NCBI GenBank assembly: GCA_002011035.2
Contig: MTLY02000001.1
Coordinates: 416,001-480,000, forward strand
Direction: 5' to 3'
Length of the DNA: 64,000 bases
Origin: Candidatus Hecatella orcuttiae
GTDB taxonomy: Archaea > Thermoproteota > Bathyarchaeia > Hecatellales > Hecatellaceae
The position numbers and the translations under genes were made by a program. How positions within the stretch are numbered: the first letter of the stretch is position 1; every line of letters begins with the position of its first letter. This document shows positions 38,232 through 47,404 of this stretch, piece by piece. The notes below the pieces were generated by a model, which did no database searches, was not told the origin of the DNA, and was given only the letters and a program-made list of their open reading frames with translations.

Positions 38232-39131
38232 ATGTGGAAGTTTGAGGCAGAGCAGAAAAAGTACAGGATAGGAAACGTGGAAGTGGGTGGTGTCCCCGGG
38301 GAAAGACCCACCGTCCTGGTAGGCTCCATTTTCCACCACAAACACAGGGTCGTCCGAGACGAACAAAAGGGGGAATTCGACCGGAAGACGGCGGAGGCCC
38401 TGATAAACCTCCAGCATGAGTTCTCCGACAAGACAGGGAACCCCTGCATGCTGGATGTGGTGGGTTCCACGCCTGAGGCCTTGGAGAAGTTCATCGACTT
38501 CGCCGCCGAAGTAAGCGACGGCCCCCTCCTGTTGGACGGGGTCTCGGAATCCGTCCGTTTACCTGTGCTGGACCACGTGAAGGCAGCGGGCCTGTCGGAG
38601 AGAATAGTCTACAACACCGTGTCCCCCCGAGCCTCAGAGGGGGAGCTGGAGAAAATAAAGGAAGCTGGAATCAAAAGCGCTGTGCTCCTCATCTGCCCCA
38701 AGGCGGGTTTCGGCTCCAAGGAAAGGGTGGCCACGGCCAAAGAGCTACTGAAAACGGTGAAGAAGGCCGGGGTGGAGAAACCTCTGATCGACACCTGCAT
38801 CCTCGACGTTCCCACCCTCGGATTCGCCTGCCGAACCATCACCCAGCTGAAAAATGAGCTGGGCGCGGTCATGGGAGGAGGAGCCCACAACGCCGTGGAC
38901 ACGTGGAGGGGCCTCCGGTCTAAGATGGGCCTGCCAGCCGTGAAGCCGGCGGAAGCTTCAGCCAACATCCTCATCGCCGCCGCGGGAGCCGACTTCATCC
39001 TCTACGGCCCTCTAGAAAACGCCGAGTACGTCTTCCCCACGGTGGCCATGGTGGACGCGGCCTTCGCCCAGCTTCGCATGGAGGAAGGCGTGAGGATAAG
39101 CCGGGAGCATCCTAAATACAGAATCGCCTAA
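38232..39131 (+). CDS. mtrH: Tetrahydromethanopterin S-methyltransferase subunit H-like (stand-alone MtrH/MtgA-type)
   Basis: 'MWKFEAEQK..IGNVEVGGVPGERPTVLVGSIFH..H', 'GGAHNA', 'GADFILYGP'. No other mtr subunits nearby. Confidence 0.9.
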   Translation: MWKFEAEQKKYRIGNVEVGGVPGERPTVLVGSIFHHKHRVVRDEQKGEFDRKTAEALINLQHEFSDKTGNPCMLDVVGSTPEALEKFIDFAAEVSDGPLLLDGVSESVRLPVLDHVKAAGLSERIVYNTVSPRASEGELEKIKEAGIKSAVLLICPKAGFGSKERVATAKELLKTVKKAGVEKPLIDTCILDVPTLGFACRTITQLKNELGAVMGGGAHNAVDTWRGLRSKMGLPAVKPAEASANILIAAAGADFILYGPLENAEYVFPTVAMVDAAFAQLRMEEGVRISREHPKYRIA

Positions 39132-39151
39132 CCGGATTCAGGTTCCCAAAA

Positions 39152-39931
39152 TTGGGTGAACTTCTCCCTCTGGAGGAGGTGAAGCTTGAACACCACGGAC
39201 TACTTCTCTGCTATCCAGCTCCAGAGCGGAAGGAATTCGAAAAGCGCCTCCGAGAGCTGGAAAAACTGGGCATCCGGTGCTTAGAGCTGGCGGGAAGCAA
39301 GAGGGTTCACCCCTTCTCCATCCTTGGGAAAGGCTACTCCAGCCTAGTGGTCGCGGCGGTGAGAAGGGATGGACTGCGGTGTGCGCTTAAAATTCGCAGA
39401 CTGGACTCCGGAAAGCCTGACCTCGGCCATGAAGCCACCATGCACTCCGCAGCCAACAGGGTGGGAGTCGGACCCCGCCTCTACGGTTTCACGGAAAACA
39501 TCCTCTCCATGGAGCTGGTGGAAGGCGTACACCTGCCGGAGTGGCTCACCGCTGTGGAGGAGAAGGGAAAGCGGGATGCGGTGAAAAAAGTCTTGAAAGA
39601 AACCCTCACCCAGTGCCGCAGCCTAGATAAGGCTGGGCTGGACCACGGGGAGCTGAGCCTAGCCTCCAAGCACATCCTCATCAGCCGGGAGGATAGGCCG
39701 TACCTCATCGACTTTGAGAAATCCAGCCTAAGGCGGAGGCCTGCCAACGTCACGGCTCTCTGCCACTTCCTCTTCCTCGGAGGCGCCACAGCCGAGCGGA
39801 TAGCCGCACTGATGGGGCGGATAAGCCGGGAGGCTCTCCGCGAGCTGCTGAGACGGTACAAGGCTGAGCTTGACGACGGAGCCTTTGAAAAGCTTCTCTC
39901 CGCCCTGTTTCCCAGGTCGGTTTTTTCGTAG
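39152..39931 (+). CDS. Archaeal RIO/Bud32-like Ser/Thr protein kinase
   Basis: 'ILGKGYSSLVV', 'ALKIRR', 'HGELS..KHILI', 'IDFEKSS'. Confidence 0.82.
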   Translation: MGELLPLEEVKLEHHGLLLCYPAPERKEFEKRLRELEKLGIRCLELAGSKRVHPFSILGKGYSSLVVAAVRRDGLRCALKIRRLDSGKPDLGHEATMHSAANRVGVGPRLYGFTENILSMELVEGVHLPEWLTAVEEKGKRDAVKKVLKETLTQCRSLDKAGLDHGELSLASKHILISREDRPYLIDFEKSSLRRRPANVTALCHFLFLGGATAERIAALMGRISREALRELLRRYKAELDDGAFEKLLSALFPRSVFS

Positions 39932-39979
39932 TTCAATTTATATCCTCCCACCGCCCCGTAGTTTACGGGGGGCAGCCCT

Positions 39980-40303
39980 TTGGTTGAGGAGCTGATGTAT
40001 TTTAAGCTGAAGACCTTGGAAGACATGGTGAAGCTGGTAGCCTTCTCCCCGGCGCCCATGCTCCAGCATACGGTGGTGGAGGGTAGGCAGGTCTATTTTA
40101 TTCAAAGCTTCTCCATTGTAGGTAAGCCCTTGGTCTACTACCTGGAAAGGGATGAGAAGCTTGAGAGTAAATACGTCGTCTACAACCGGTTTAACGACAC
40201 CATATCCTTCAGCGACAAGCCCGGCTCCGACGGGCAGTCTGTCTACATACCCATCATCGAGATAGAGAAAACAAACCTGCTGGACATCATAGGCCGAAGG
40301 TGA
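39980..40303 (+). CDS. Conserved hypothetical protein (Thermoproteota-type)
   Basis: Clean 107-aa ORF with its own TATA (TTTATAT near 39937) and G-rich SD; 'KYVVYNRF...IPIIEIEK'. Confidence 0.65.
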   Translation: MVEELMYFKLKTLEDMVKLVAFSPAPMLQHTVVEGRQVYFIQSFSIVGKPLVYYLERDEKLESKYVVYNRFNDTISFSDKPGSDGQSVYIPIIEIEKTNLLDIIGRR

Positions 40304-40318
40304 AGGTGAGGGAAAAGC

Positions 40319-40762
40319 CTACATTTCCTCCACCGACACAGCTGCCTTCCAGTTTTCCTCGAACTTCACCGTCACCTTGAGAACCTTGAAGCCCAGAGCC
40401 TTTTCGGAGGCATAGTTTTCCTGCCCTCCGGTTTTCTGTTGGTTCTCCCCCTCAGCAATCTTCACCGTGGCTAGGTAGAATTCTCCTTCCCGGGTGCAGA
40501 AGAAACTCCAGCTGGGACGTCGGAGGGATTGAAGGTAAGCTTTCTGGCGGTCGCTGAGCCCGTAGAAGCGGATGTCGTGGGCGGGCATGAAGTAGCCTCG
40601 CTTCATTCCGGAGGGGTCCAGAAGCTTGTCTGTGAAAGGCCTGTAACACTTCAGACCTATCTTTTTCAGGGCCCAGTAGGCTAGGACTTCTCCCACATCC
40701 CCCGTCAGCTCAGCGTCTTCCTCCACGGTTATCTTCACTTTTTCGGAAAGCGTTTCCACCAC
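40319..40762 (-). CDS. Degenerate PD-(D/E)XK nuclease-fold protein
   Basis: 'GDVGEVLA' helix and 'WSFFCTREGEFYLATVKI' in the PD...ExK positions, with the acidic residues replaced. Confidence 0.45.
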   Translation of the reverse strand: MVETLSEKVKITVEEDAELTGDVGEVLAYWALKKIGLKCYRPFTDKLLDPSGMKRGYFMPAHDIRFYGLSDRQKAYLQSLRRPSWSFFCTREGEFYLATVKIAEGENQQKTGGQENYASEKALGFKVLKVTVKFEENWKAAVSVEEM

Positions 40763-40870
40763 CCGGAAACAGATAAACTAATTCGCCCCTCTCCTTTAAA
40801 GGTTCATCACCCCTCTTTTTATGCCAGAGAAGCGATACTCATATTACTTCTAGGGGAGAAGCTGGAAGGG

Positions 40871-42643
40871 ATGCGCCTTAAACATTCAGGTTTGCTCCTA
40901 ACCTTAACCATCTTGCTGAGCCTGCTTTCAGCCCTCCCATCCGTTTCCGCCAATGCAAAAGGCGAAACCGTATCCCTCCAGCTGAGCGCTGCTCCTATGA
41001 TGGTCAACATCGGCGAGGGGGTTCAGGTGGAGGGTGAAACCACGCCTCCGCTAGACGGAACCCTCATCCTCATTCCCTACAAGGGCGCCTTTGCTCCCGA
41101 AATCTTGAGGGACATCCCGGTGGTGGAAGGCACTGTCTCCCTCGTATGGACTCCCAAAGAAGCCGGCCGCTACATGCTTGTAGCCATGTTCGTCCCTGAG
41201 GACTCCCGCTATCCCCCTGCCTTCGCAGCCGTCAAGAGCATCATTGTGAAAGACGTCCACATAGTCCTAACTGCGGAGAAAACCTTCTACAACACCGGGG
41301 AGACCGTGGGCCTGTCGGTCGCGGTTACGAGGAAAACCGACGGCAGACCTGTCCCTTACGCCAAGGTGCAGCTCAGCTTCGCAGACAGGACGCTGGAAGC
41401 CTCCGCCGACCGGCAGGGAAGTCTGTCCCTCAGCCTGACCTTTCCTGAGGATGCCTTCGGCGAGTACACCATCACCGCTGAACATCCGCCAGCCCAGGCT
41501 GCCGTGAAGATTCACATAGGACAGGACGTGATAGTCCAAAGGGTTGAGCTCATCCGAGGGCTTCCCTTTGACGGGGAGTTCTCGGCGAAAAGCATCAGCA
41601 GAGCCGAGTACGGGGAAACCTTCAAGAGCGCCTTGGAAGAAGTGCCACCGCAAGAATGGGAACTGGCACAGCAGGAGTATGAAGCCCTCTACATCCTCAC
41701 CGAGGAGGAAAACATCAAGGCTGTGACTGAATCCTTCTTCTCAGGGGCTGTAAGCGGATACTACGACGTGGAAGGAGACGAAATAGTGCTGGTGGGCGAG
41801 GCCATCGTCGACGAGGAAACCCTAGTCCACGAGCTTGTCCATCTTCTCCAAGACCGACACTTCCCGGAAATATTCGAATTCACCTCAAAGCTAACTGACA
41901 GCTCCTTCGCGGTAGACGCCTTGATTGAGGGAGACGCAGAGCTGGTGAGGGAGCTGTACGAAGCCCGATGGGGTTTCCCGCCTGTGGACGGGGGTGCGGC
42001 CGCGGCGGCTGACGGTGTGCCTTGGGGCTTCAGGCTGATCCAGTATTTCCCATACATTGAGGGTTTAAACTTCGTCCGGGAGCTTTGGATGCAGGGCGGC
42101 TGGGAGGCTGTTGACCAAGCCTACGCAGACCCGCCAAAAAGCACAGAGCAGATAATCCACCCGGAAAAATACGGCGTCGACACGCCTGTGAACGTCACCC
42201 TCCCTGACCTAAGCCTAGAAGAGTGGGAGGTCCTTGGAAACGACACCCTGGGGGAGTTCGCCCTGTTTATCATGTTCTGGAATCAGGGCATCGTCCCCAT
42301 CGGGGTGAAGGGCGACAGCTACACCTACTCAGCCAGCGTATCCGAGGGCTGGGACGGGGACCTGATGGTGGTGTACAAGAAAAGTGAAAGCTACGGCTAC
42401 GTGTGGAGAATCGCATGGGACAGCGAAGCCGACGCGGAGGAGTTCGTCGACGGATACGAATGGATGCTGTGGCGTATGGGCGCGGCGAAGGTGGAGGGCG
42501 TCTGGGAAATCGACTCCAACGACTACGTTCAAATCCTCCGGGAAGGCGGCACCGTCACCATCATAAATGCGCCAAGCTTGGAAGAACTAGGTGAAATTTG
42601 GGCTCTGAGCATGGAGTCGGAGAAACCGGAAACAGAAATCTGA
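40871..42643 (+). CDS. Secreted Ig-fold plus zincin metallopeptidase-like surface protein (Hvo_1808-like C-terminal domain)
   Basis: Signal peptide, Ig-like strands, 'GYYD', HExxH 'LVHELVHLLQD', 'ALIEGDA', 'PYIEG..FV', 'PPKSTEQIIHPEKY', 'GWDGD'. Confidence 0.72.
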   Translation: MRLKHSGLLLTLTILLSLLSALPSVSANAKGETVSLQLSAAPMMVNIGEGVQVEGETTPPLDGTLILIPYKGAFAPEILRDIPVVEGTVSLVWTPKEAGRYMLVAMFVPEDSRYPPAFAAVKSIIVKDVHIVLTAEKTFYNTGETVGLSVAVTRKTDGRPVPYAKVQLSFADRTLEASADRQGSLSLSLTFPEDAFGEYTITAEHPPAQAAVKIHIGQDVIVQRVELIRGLPFDGEFSAKSISRAEYGETFKSALEEVPPQEWELAQQEYEALYILTEEENIKAVTESFFSGAVSGYYDVEGDEIVLVGEAIVDEETLVHELVHLLQDRHFPEIFEFTSKLTDSSFAVDALIEGDAELVRELYEARWGFPPVDGGAAAAADGVPWGFRLIQYFPYIEGLNFVRELWMQGGWEAVDQAYADPPKSTEQIIHPEKYGVDTPVNVTLPDLSLEEWEVLGNDTLGEFALFIMFWNQGIVPIGVKGDSYTYSASVSEGWDGDLMVVYKKSESYGYVWRIAWDSEADAEEFVDGYEWMLWRMGAAKVEGVWEIDSNDYVQILREGGTVTIINAPSLEELGEIWALSMESEKPETEI

Positions 42644-42653
42644 GGTCGGAGTC

Positions 42654-43646
42654 TTGACAGCCGAGAAAACCTTGGGGGAAAGAGAAATCATCCAGCTACT
42701 CCTAGAAAAGTTTCAGCCCAGCCCTATGCCCATTCCCAGCGGGGACGACGTTTCAGCCGTGGACCTAGGAGGCGGAAGACTCGCCGTCTTAAAAGTAGAC
42801 ATGCTGGTGGGGAAAACCGACATGCCCCCAGGCATGACCGCCTATCAAGCAGCCAGGAAGGCGGTGGTCATGGCCGTCAGCGACTTCGCCGCCAAGGGCG
42901 TCCGCCCCAGAGCCGCCCTAGTGGGCTTAGGGCTGCCGAGGTATGGCAGCCGGAAGGTGAAAAGCCTAGCCGAAGGCCTCAGGGATGCAGCCCGCCAATA
43001 CGGCCTCAGCCTCATCGGAGGGGACACCAACGAGGCTGGGGACCTTGTCATCACCGTGGCCGCCCTAGGGTTCTGCGGGAAAGGCCGGCTTCTCCTCCGG
43101 GGAGGAGCCAAGCCCGGGGACCTCCTAGCGGTCACAGGCCCCTTCGGCAGGACTGCTGCGGGGTTGAAGATTCTCCTAGAAAACCTGAAGGCCCCCGGCA
43201 ACCTCAGGGAGAAGCTTCTCCGCCCCGTTTTCACTCCTGAGGCAAGGCTTCAGGTGGGGCTTAGGCTTCGGAGGCTAGGTGCCACCGCGGCCATCGACTC
43301 CAGCGACGGCTTGGCTTGGAGCCTCCGAGAACTGGCCGTGGCAAGCGGTGTGGGCTTCAGCGTCCACCGGCTTCCCTTGGCTCCGGAGGCCAAGGCCTTC
43401 GCCGACCTCCACCGGCTGGACCCTTTTGACTTGACGTTCTACGGGGGAGAGGAGTACGAGCTGGTGGTGACGTTGGACCCTCGGAGATTTCGGAGAGGCT
43501 GGGAAAAACGCTGGGGGTTGCAAGTCATAGGGCGGGCGGTGGAACAGGGCGGACTGGTCTTCGAGGAGAAAGATGTTAGGAGGACCATTCAGCCTCGAGG
43601 CTGGGAGCATTTTAAAGCTAGAAGACGGGGAAGGAAGCTAGCATGA
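42654..43646 (+). CDS. thiL: Thiamine-monophosphate kinase
   Basis: 'GEREII', 'GDDVSA', 'VSDFAAKG', 'IGGDT', 'IDSSDGL', 'GGEEYELV'. Confidence 0.93.
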   Translation: MTAEKTLGEREIIQLLLEKFQPSPMPIPSGDDVSAVDLGGGRLAVLKVDMLVGKTDMPPGMTAYQAARKAVVMAVSDFAAKGVRPRAALVGLGLPRYGSRKVKSLAEGLRDAARQYGLSLIGGDTNEAGDLVITVAALGFCGKGRLLLRGGAKPGDLLAVTGPFGRTAAGLKILLENLKAPGNLREKLLRPVFTPEARLQVGLRLRRLGATAAIDSSDGLAWSLRELAVASGVGFSVHRLPLAPEAKAFADLHRLDPFDLTFYGGEEYELVVTLDPRRFRRGWEKRWGLQVIGRAVEQGGLVFEEKDVRRTIQPRGWEHFKARRRGRKLA

Positions 43647-44380
43647 GCCGCCTGTTGGAGGAGATGAACTGGAAGGAGCTAGAAAAGGCCCTCAGAGAAA
43701 CCAAGACGGTCATTGTTCCTTGCGGCTCCACCGAGGAGCACGGCTACCATCTCCCTCTCTCCACCGACACACTGATAGCCTGCGAGATAGCCCGCCGGAC
43801 GGCAGAACGGGTCAACGTCCTCGTAGCTCCGCCCATAAACTACGGAGTATGCCGGAGCACGGGGTCGTTCCCCGGCACCCTGACCATCAGCCTAGACGCC
43901 TTGAGGGCGCTGGTGGAGGAAATCTGCGAAAGCCTCCACGCCCACGGCTTCCGCAACATCATCCTCCTCCCCGGCCACCTGGGCGCCGCCCAGATGGTGG
44001 GGCTGGAGCTGGCAGCCCAGAAGCTCGTAGAGAAGCATCAGGACCTCTCCATGGCTGTTGTGAGGTGGGAGGAGGCGATCAAAAAACTGACTGGAACAGT
44101 CCTAAAGGACCCACGGGACGGCCACGCGGGGGAGGCTGAGACATCCCTCATGCTGGCCCTCAAACCTGAACTCGTCAGGATGGAGAAGACAGTCGACGAG
44201 CATCCCCGTTTCCCAGAACATTTGGTGGTCGCGAAGCCTGGAGACTATCTCAAGTCCGGGGTGATGGGCTCCCCCACCAAGGCCTCGAGAGAGAAGGGTG
44301 AAAAAATCTTGGAAGCCCTCGTCCGAGAGGTGGAGGAGCTGGTGAAAAGGATGGAGAAGAGAAGACAGCATCGAAAATAA
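43643..44380 (+). CDS. Creatininase-family amidohydrolase
   Basis: 'PCGSTEEHGYHLPLSTD', 'FPGTL', 'GH.G', 'DGHAGEAETS', 'GVMGSP..AS.EKG'. Confidence 0.9.
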   Translation: MSRLLEEMNWKELEKALRETKTVIVPCGSTEEHGYHLPLSTDTLIACEIARRTAERVNVLVAPPINYGVCRSTGSFPGTLTISLDALRALVEEICESLHAHGFRNIILLPGHLGAAQMVGLELAAQKLVEKHQDLSMAVVRWEEAIKKLTGTVLKDPRDGHAGEAETSLMLALKPELVRMEKTVDEHPRFPEHLVVAKPGDYLKSGVMGSPTKASREKGEKILEALVREVEELVKRMEKRRQHRK

Positions 44381-44477
44381 GCAACTTGCTCTCATGCATG
44401 GGGGACCGGGGATCCCCTAAGGCTTATCTCACCATGGGGTATTTCCGCACACTATATTTTCTACCTGTCTGAAAAAC

Positions 44478-45068
44478 TCATTTTCCAAGTTCATTTTCAA
44501 GTTTTTCGACAAGCCGCAGATAGCGCTGGTGCAGGTTCACTCCGATTTTTTTCTCCGCTTCCTCAAATCTTCTCCGCAGCTGCTTTTTCTCAGCGTCGGG
44601 GATGAGGCGGTCGGCGACGGGGAAGATGAAGCTGTCTTCCTTGAAAATATGCTCGGTGAGAAGCCTGATGTAGCTTTGAAGGCTTTTCGCCAAGGCTTTC
44701 CTGGCAGGTGCGTCTCCTCCCTCATATTTTTGGAGACTTTTAGCCGCAGCCCGGATAAGCCGGCGTCCTTCTTCATGCTCTGAAAGCATAACTCCGATCT
44801 CCGCGGAGGGCATGACACCTATGTGCCCCACCGCCTCCACGGCGGAAAACCCGTGCTCCTGGAGGGCTGAGAACAGTACGTCCTCCTCCTTACCATGATG
44901 GCAGCGGTCGGCGAAAGTTCTGAGAAAGTCTAACGCATCCTTTAAAAGGGACGGCTGAACAGGCTCTCCCTCACTCAGCCTAGCAGCGGCTTTCTTCAAC
45001 ACCTCCAGCATCCTCTCTATGACCCGGTGCTCCTCCTCCAGAACCTCAACCAAAGATGAACCCGCCAA
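44478..45068 (-). CDS. Hemerythrin (HHE) domain protein
   Basis: 'EEHRVIE', 'FADRCHHGKEEDVLF', 'EHEEGR', 'HIFKED..IFP'. Confidence 0.9.
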   Translation of the reverse strand: MAGSSLVEVLEEEHRVIERMLEVLKKAAARLSEGEPVQPSLLKDALDFLRTFADRCHHGKEEDVLFSALQEHGFSAVEAVGHIGVMPSAEIGVMLSEHEEGRRLIRAAAKSLQKYEGGDAPARKALAKSLQSYIRLLTEHIFKEDSFIFPVADRLIPDAEKKQLRRRFEEAEKKIGVNLHQRYLRLVEKLENELGK

Positions 45069-45177
45069 GTTTCGTCCCCTATTCCTCTATTCTCATAAAG
45101 CCTTTTAACCGAACACCGCTACAGAACTGGGCTGAAGCATCGGATCACACCCGAGAGGATTCGCCTCGGTTAAGCCG

Positions 45178-45861
45178 CTATGTCCCCTTATCCAATAAAA
45201 CCAGTTGACTGCAGAGATCGTCTCCTCTCACGATGCATTTTTCCAGTTTTATTCTATCAGTGTTCAAGATTCTAGCCACAGCTCCCTGATGCATCACGCA
45301 GAGTAGACCGTTTAACTCAGGGATAACGTCCCCGAAAACACAGTTCCGGTAAGTGATGATATACTCCTCGCCGCGCTTCGAAAGGGATGTGAAAAAACCG
45401 AACTCATCGAAAAGCTTCACCATCTTCTTCAGCCGACGGCTGCCGTCTTTGGGCAGGTGAGGCAGGAAGTAGCCGGCAAGGTCTTCGGAGAGCCCCTCCA
45501 TCAGCACCCTGAGAGCCTGCTTGCCGTATATTCTAGTGATTCTCCGGGTTAGCAAAGCGACGAGCACGTCGCTTTTTTTCGGAAGAATCCTCCTGCCCAG
45601 CTGGGTTAGGCGGTATTTCTTCTTCGGCCGCCCGACGGAAGACCTGTCGAAGTATGGGGAAACGAGGCCCTCCCGCTCCAAGATGGATAGATGACGCCTG
45701 ACTGCGCTTTCGTTGATACCCAGTTTCTTCTCGAGTTCAATGGCGTTGAGATCTCCTTGGAGAAGATAGGTGAAGATCAGCTCTCGAGTCCCCTTTATTT
45801 CCACCCCTAATCTTCGGCCGTGCTCAGCAGGCTGATTTATTTGTTCAATTTTCGCTGCCAT
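45178..45861 (-). CDS. Winged-HTH transcriptional regulator with Cys-containing C-terminal sensor (SufR/V4R-like)
   Basis: 'ELEKKLGINESAVRRHLSILEREGLV...GRPKKKYRLT'. C-terminal 'YRNC..LLCVMH..KCIVRGDDLC'. Confidence 0.82.
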   Translation of the reverse strand: MAAKIEQINQPAEHGRRLGVEIKGTRELIFTYLLQGDLNAIELEKKLGINESAVRRHLSILEREGLVSPYFDRSSVGRPKKKYRLTQLGRRILPKKSDVLVALLTRRITRIYGKQALRVLMEGLSEDLAGYFLPHLPKDGSRRLKKMVKLFDEFGFFTSLSKRGEEYIITYRNCVFGDVIPELNGLLCVMHQGAVARILNTDRIKLEKCIVRGDDLCSQLVLLDKGT

Positions 45862-45914
45862 GATGTTCCCTCAGGATGCTAGAGGCTGACTGTATTGTTT
45901 AACGGAGGTAAATA

Positions 45915-45945
45915 TTTATATAGTTTACTCACAAAATAGTGAGTA
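45915..45945. promoter_or_regulatory. TATA box followed by a perfect 7-6-7 inverted-repeat operator
   Basis: TTTATATA at 45915-45922 and TACTCAC-AAAATA-GTGAGTA at 45926-45945, in the divergent intergenic region between the regulator and the hemerythrin gene. Confidence 0.7.
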
Positions 45946-45981
45946 TATCTTTCACCCTCATCGTCGAAACGGGTCCCCACC

Positions 45982-46761
45982 ATGGACGAATATCTGAACA
46001 TGGAGGTCAAGGAGGTTATCTCAAAATTTCCCGAGGCAGCGCGAGTGCTGGACGAATACAACATCGGATGCACCGTCTGCAACGCAGGGTCTTGCCTCCT
46101 AAAGGACATCGTGGAAATACACAGTCTATCTTCGGATGAAGAGCAAGAGCTGATGGCCAAACTTGCCAGAGTGGTCTATCCAGGCCGGGATGTGAAGGTG
46201 CTTGAGGTTGGAAGAAAACCTAAAGCTAAACCTGAGAGGGTGAAGTATTCCCCGCCCTTGAAAAAACTGGTGGACGAGCATTTGCTGATAAAAAGGTGGA
46301 TAGCGCTGATACCCAAGCTGGCTGAAAGCTTGGACGTTAACACAGAAGAGGGGAGACAATTGGTCCTTCAAGGAGTTGATTTTATCCGCACCTATGCAGA
46401 CCGGTATCACCACGCCAAGGAGGAGGAAGTTCTCTTCAAGTACTTTGACGAAAACCTAGAAATCCTCAAGACCATGCACGCCGACCATGAAAAGGCGAGA
46501 AGCCATGTGAGGAGCATCCTTCAAGCTGTGGAGGAAAAAAATGGAGAAGCCGTCAAGGAGCATCTAAACGCCTACAGGGAGTTGCTGACAGAGCACATCA
46601 AAAAAGAAGATGAGATCCTCTACCCTTGGATGGACAGGGGACTCTCCCTAACTCAAGTGGGAGAGCTGTTTTCAAGATTCAACGAGTTGGAGGAGCAGTT
46701 TCAAACTGTCCCTGAAAAATATGAAGAGTTCATCCGAAAACTGGAAGAAAAATTCAGGTAA
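45982..46761 (+). CDS. ScdA_N/DUF1858-like plus hemerythrin domain protein (RIC/YtfE-like architecture)
   Basis: N-terminal 'VKEVISKFPEAARVLDEYNIGCTVC..C.LKDI'. HHE motifs 'DEH', 'YADRYHHAKEEEVLF', 'DHEKAR', 'HIKKEDEILYP'. Confidence 0.85.
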   Translation: MDEYLNMEVKEVISKFPEAARVLDEYNIGCTVCNAGSCLLKDIVEIHSLSSDEEQELMAKLARVVYPGRDVKVLEVGRKPKAKPERVKYSPPLKKLVDEHLLIKRWIALIPKLAESLDVNTEEGRQLVLQGVDFIRTYADRYHHAKEEEVLFKYFDENLEILKTMHADHEKARSHVRSILQAVEEKNGEAVKEHLNAYRELLTEHIKKEDEILYPWMDRGLSLTQVGELFSRFNELEEQFQTVPEKYEEFIRKLEEKFR

Positions 46762-46784
46762 CAATAAGACAAGGAGGTGAAAAG

Positions 46785-47252
46785 ATGGTGTTTGAAGGCT
46801 GTCCGGGTTCGCATACATTGGATTTGAGGGAAAAAGAAACCCGAGAAACAACCCCCACAGAAAAAGTTAGGTCTCAGCTTAGACAGTGGCCGATTCAGCT
46901 ACACCTGATCTCGCCCACCGCGCCCTACTATCAGGGGGCGGATGTGCTTCTGACGGCTGACTGCGTGGCTTACGCGTTGGGTAACTTCCACACCGACTAC
47001 TTGAAGGGCAAGTCCATTGCCATCGCCTGCCCTAAGCTGGACGAAGGCCAAGATGTCTACGTGGAGAAGATTAAGTCTTGGCTGGAAGATGCTAAGATAA
47101 ACACTCTCTCGGTGTTGATCATGCAGGTTCCCTGCTGCATGGGATTGGTGAACCTAGCTCAGCAGGCTGCTGAACGTTCGAAGAGAAAAGTCCCCATCAA
47201 ATCCATCATCGTCGGCATACAGGGCGACATCCTCTCAGAGGAGTGGGTGTGA
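46785..47252 (+). CDS. Cys-rich Fe-S-binding protein (C-terminal domain of FrdX-like ferredoxins), no N-terminal ferredoxin domain
   Basis: 'GCPGS', 'SQLRQWPIQLHL', 'LLTADC', 'ACPKLD', 'MQVPCCMGL'. Strong GGAGGTG SD. Confidence 0.75.
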   Translation: MVFEGCPGSHTLDLREKETRETTPTEKVRSQLRQWPIQLHLISPTAPYYQGADVLLTADCVAYALGNFHTDYLKGKSIAIACPKLDEGQDVYVEKIKSWLEDAKINTLSVLIMQVPCCMGLVNLAQQAAERSKRKVPIKSIIVGIQGDILSEEWV

Positions 47253-47404
47253 AAGAAATTAAGAACCTGACAATCCTGGGTGAAAGCATTGTTTCAAAGC
47301 GGAGCGGAGAACGCGCCTAAAGATTTAAGTTCTTCTTAGACGCATCCAGCAGTAAAATTTCAACCCTCTTTTCCAGCTTCCTCCACGACTCCGGGGAGTA
47401 TCCC

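Noticed and set aside
39954-39970. CCCCGTA-GTT-TACGGGG hairpin
   Set aside because: It straddles the likely transcription start about 25 nt below a TATA box, so it probably is not fully transcribed; no further support.
44395-44470. GC-rich palindromic stretch (GGGGATCCCC) between convergent genes, considered as sRNA or SECIS
   Set aside because: No tRNA, C/D-box or SECIS consensus could be established, and no in-frame TGA selenoprotein candidate is nearby.
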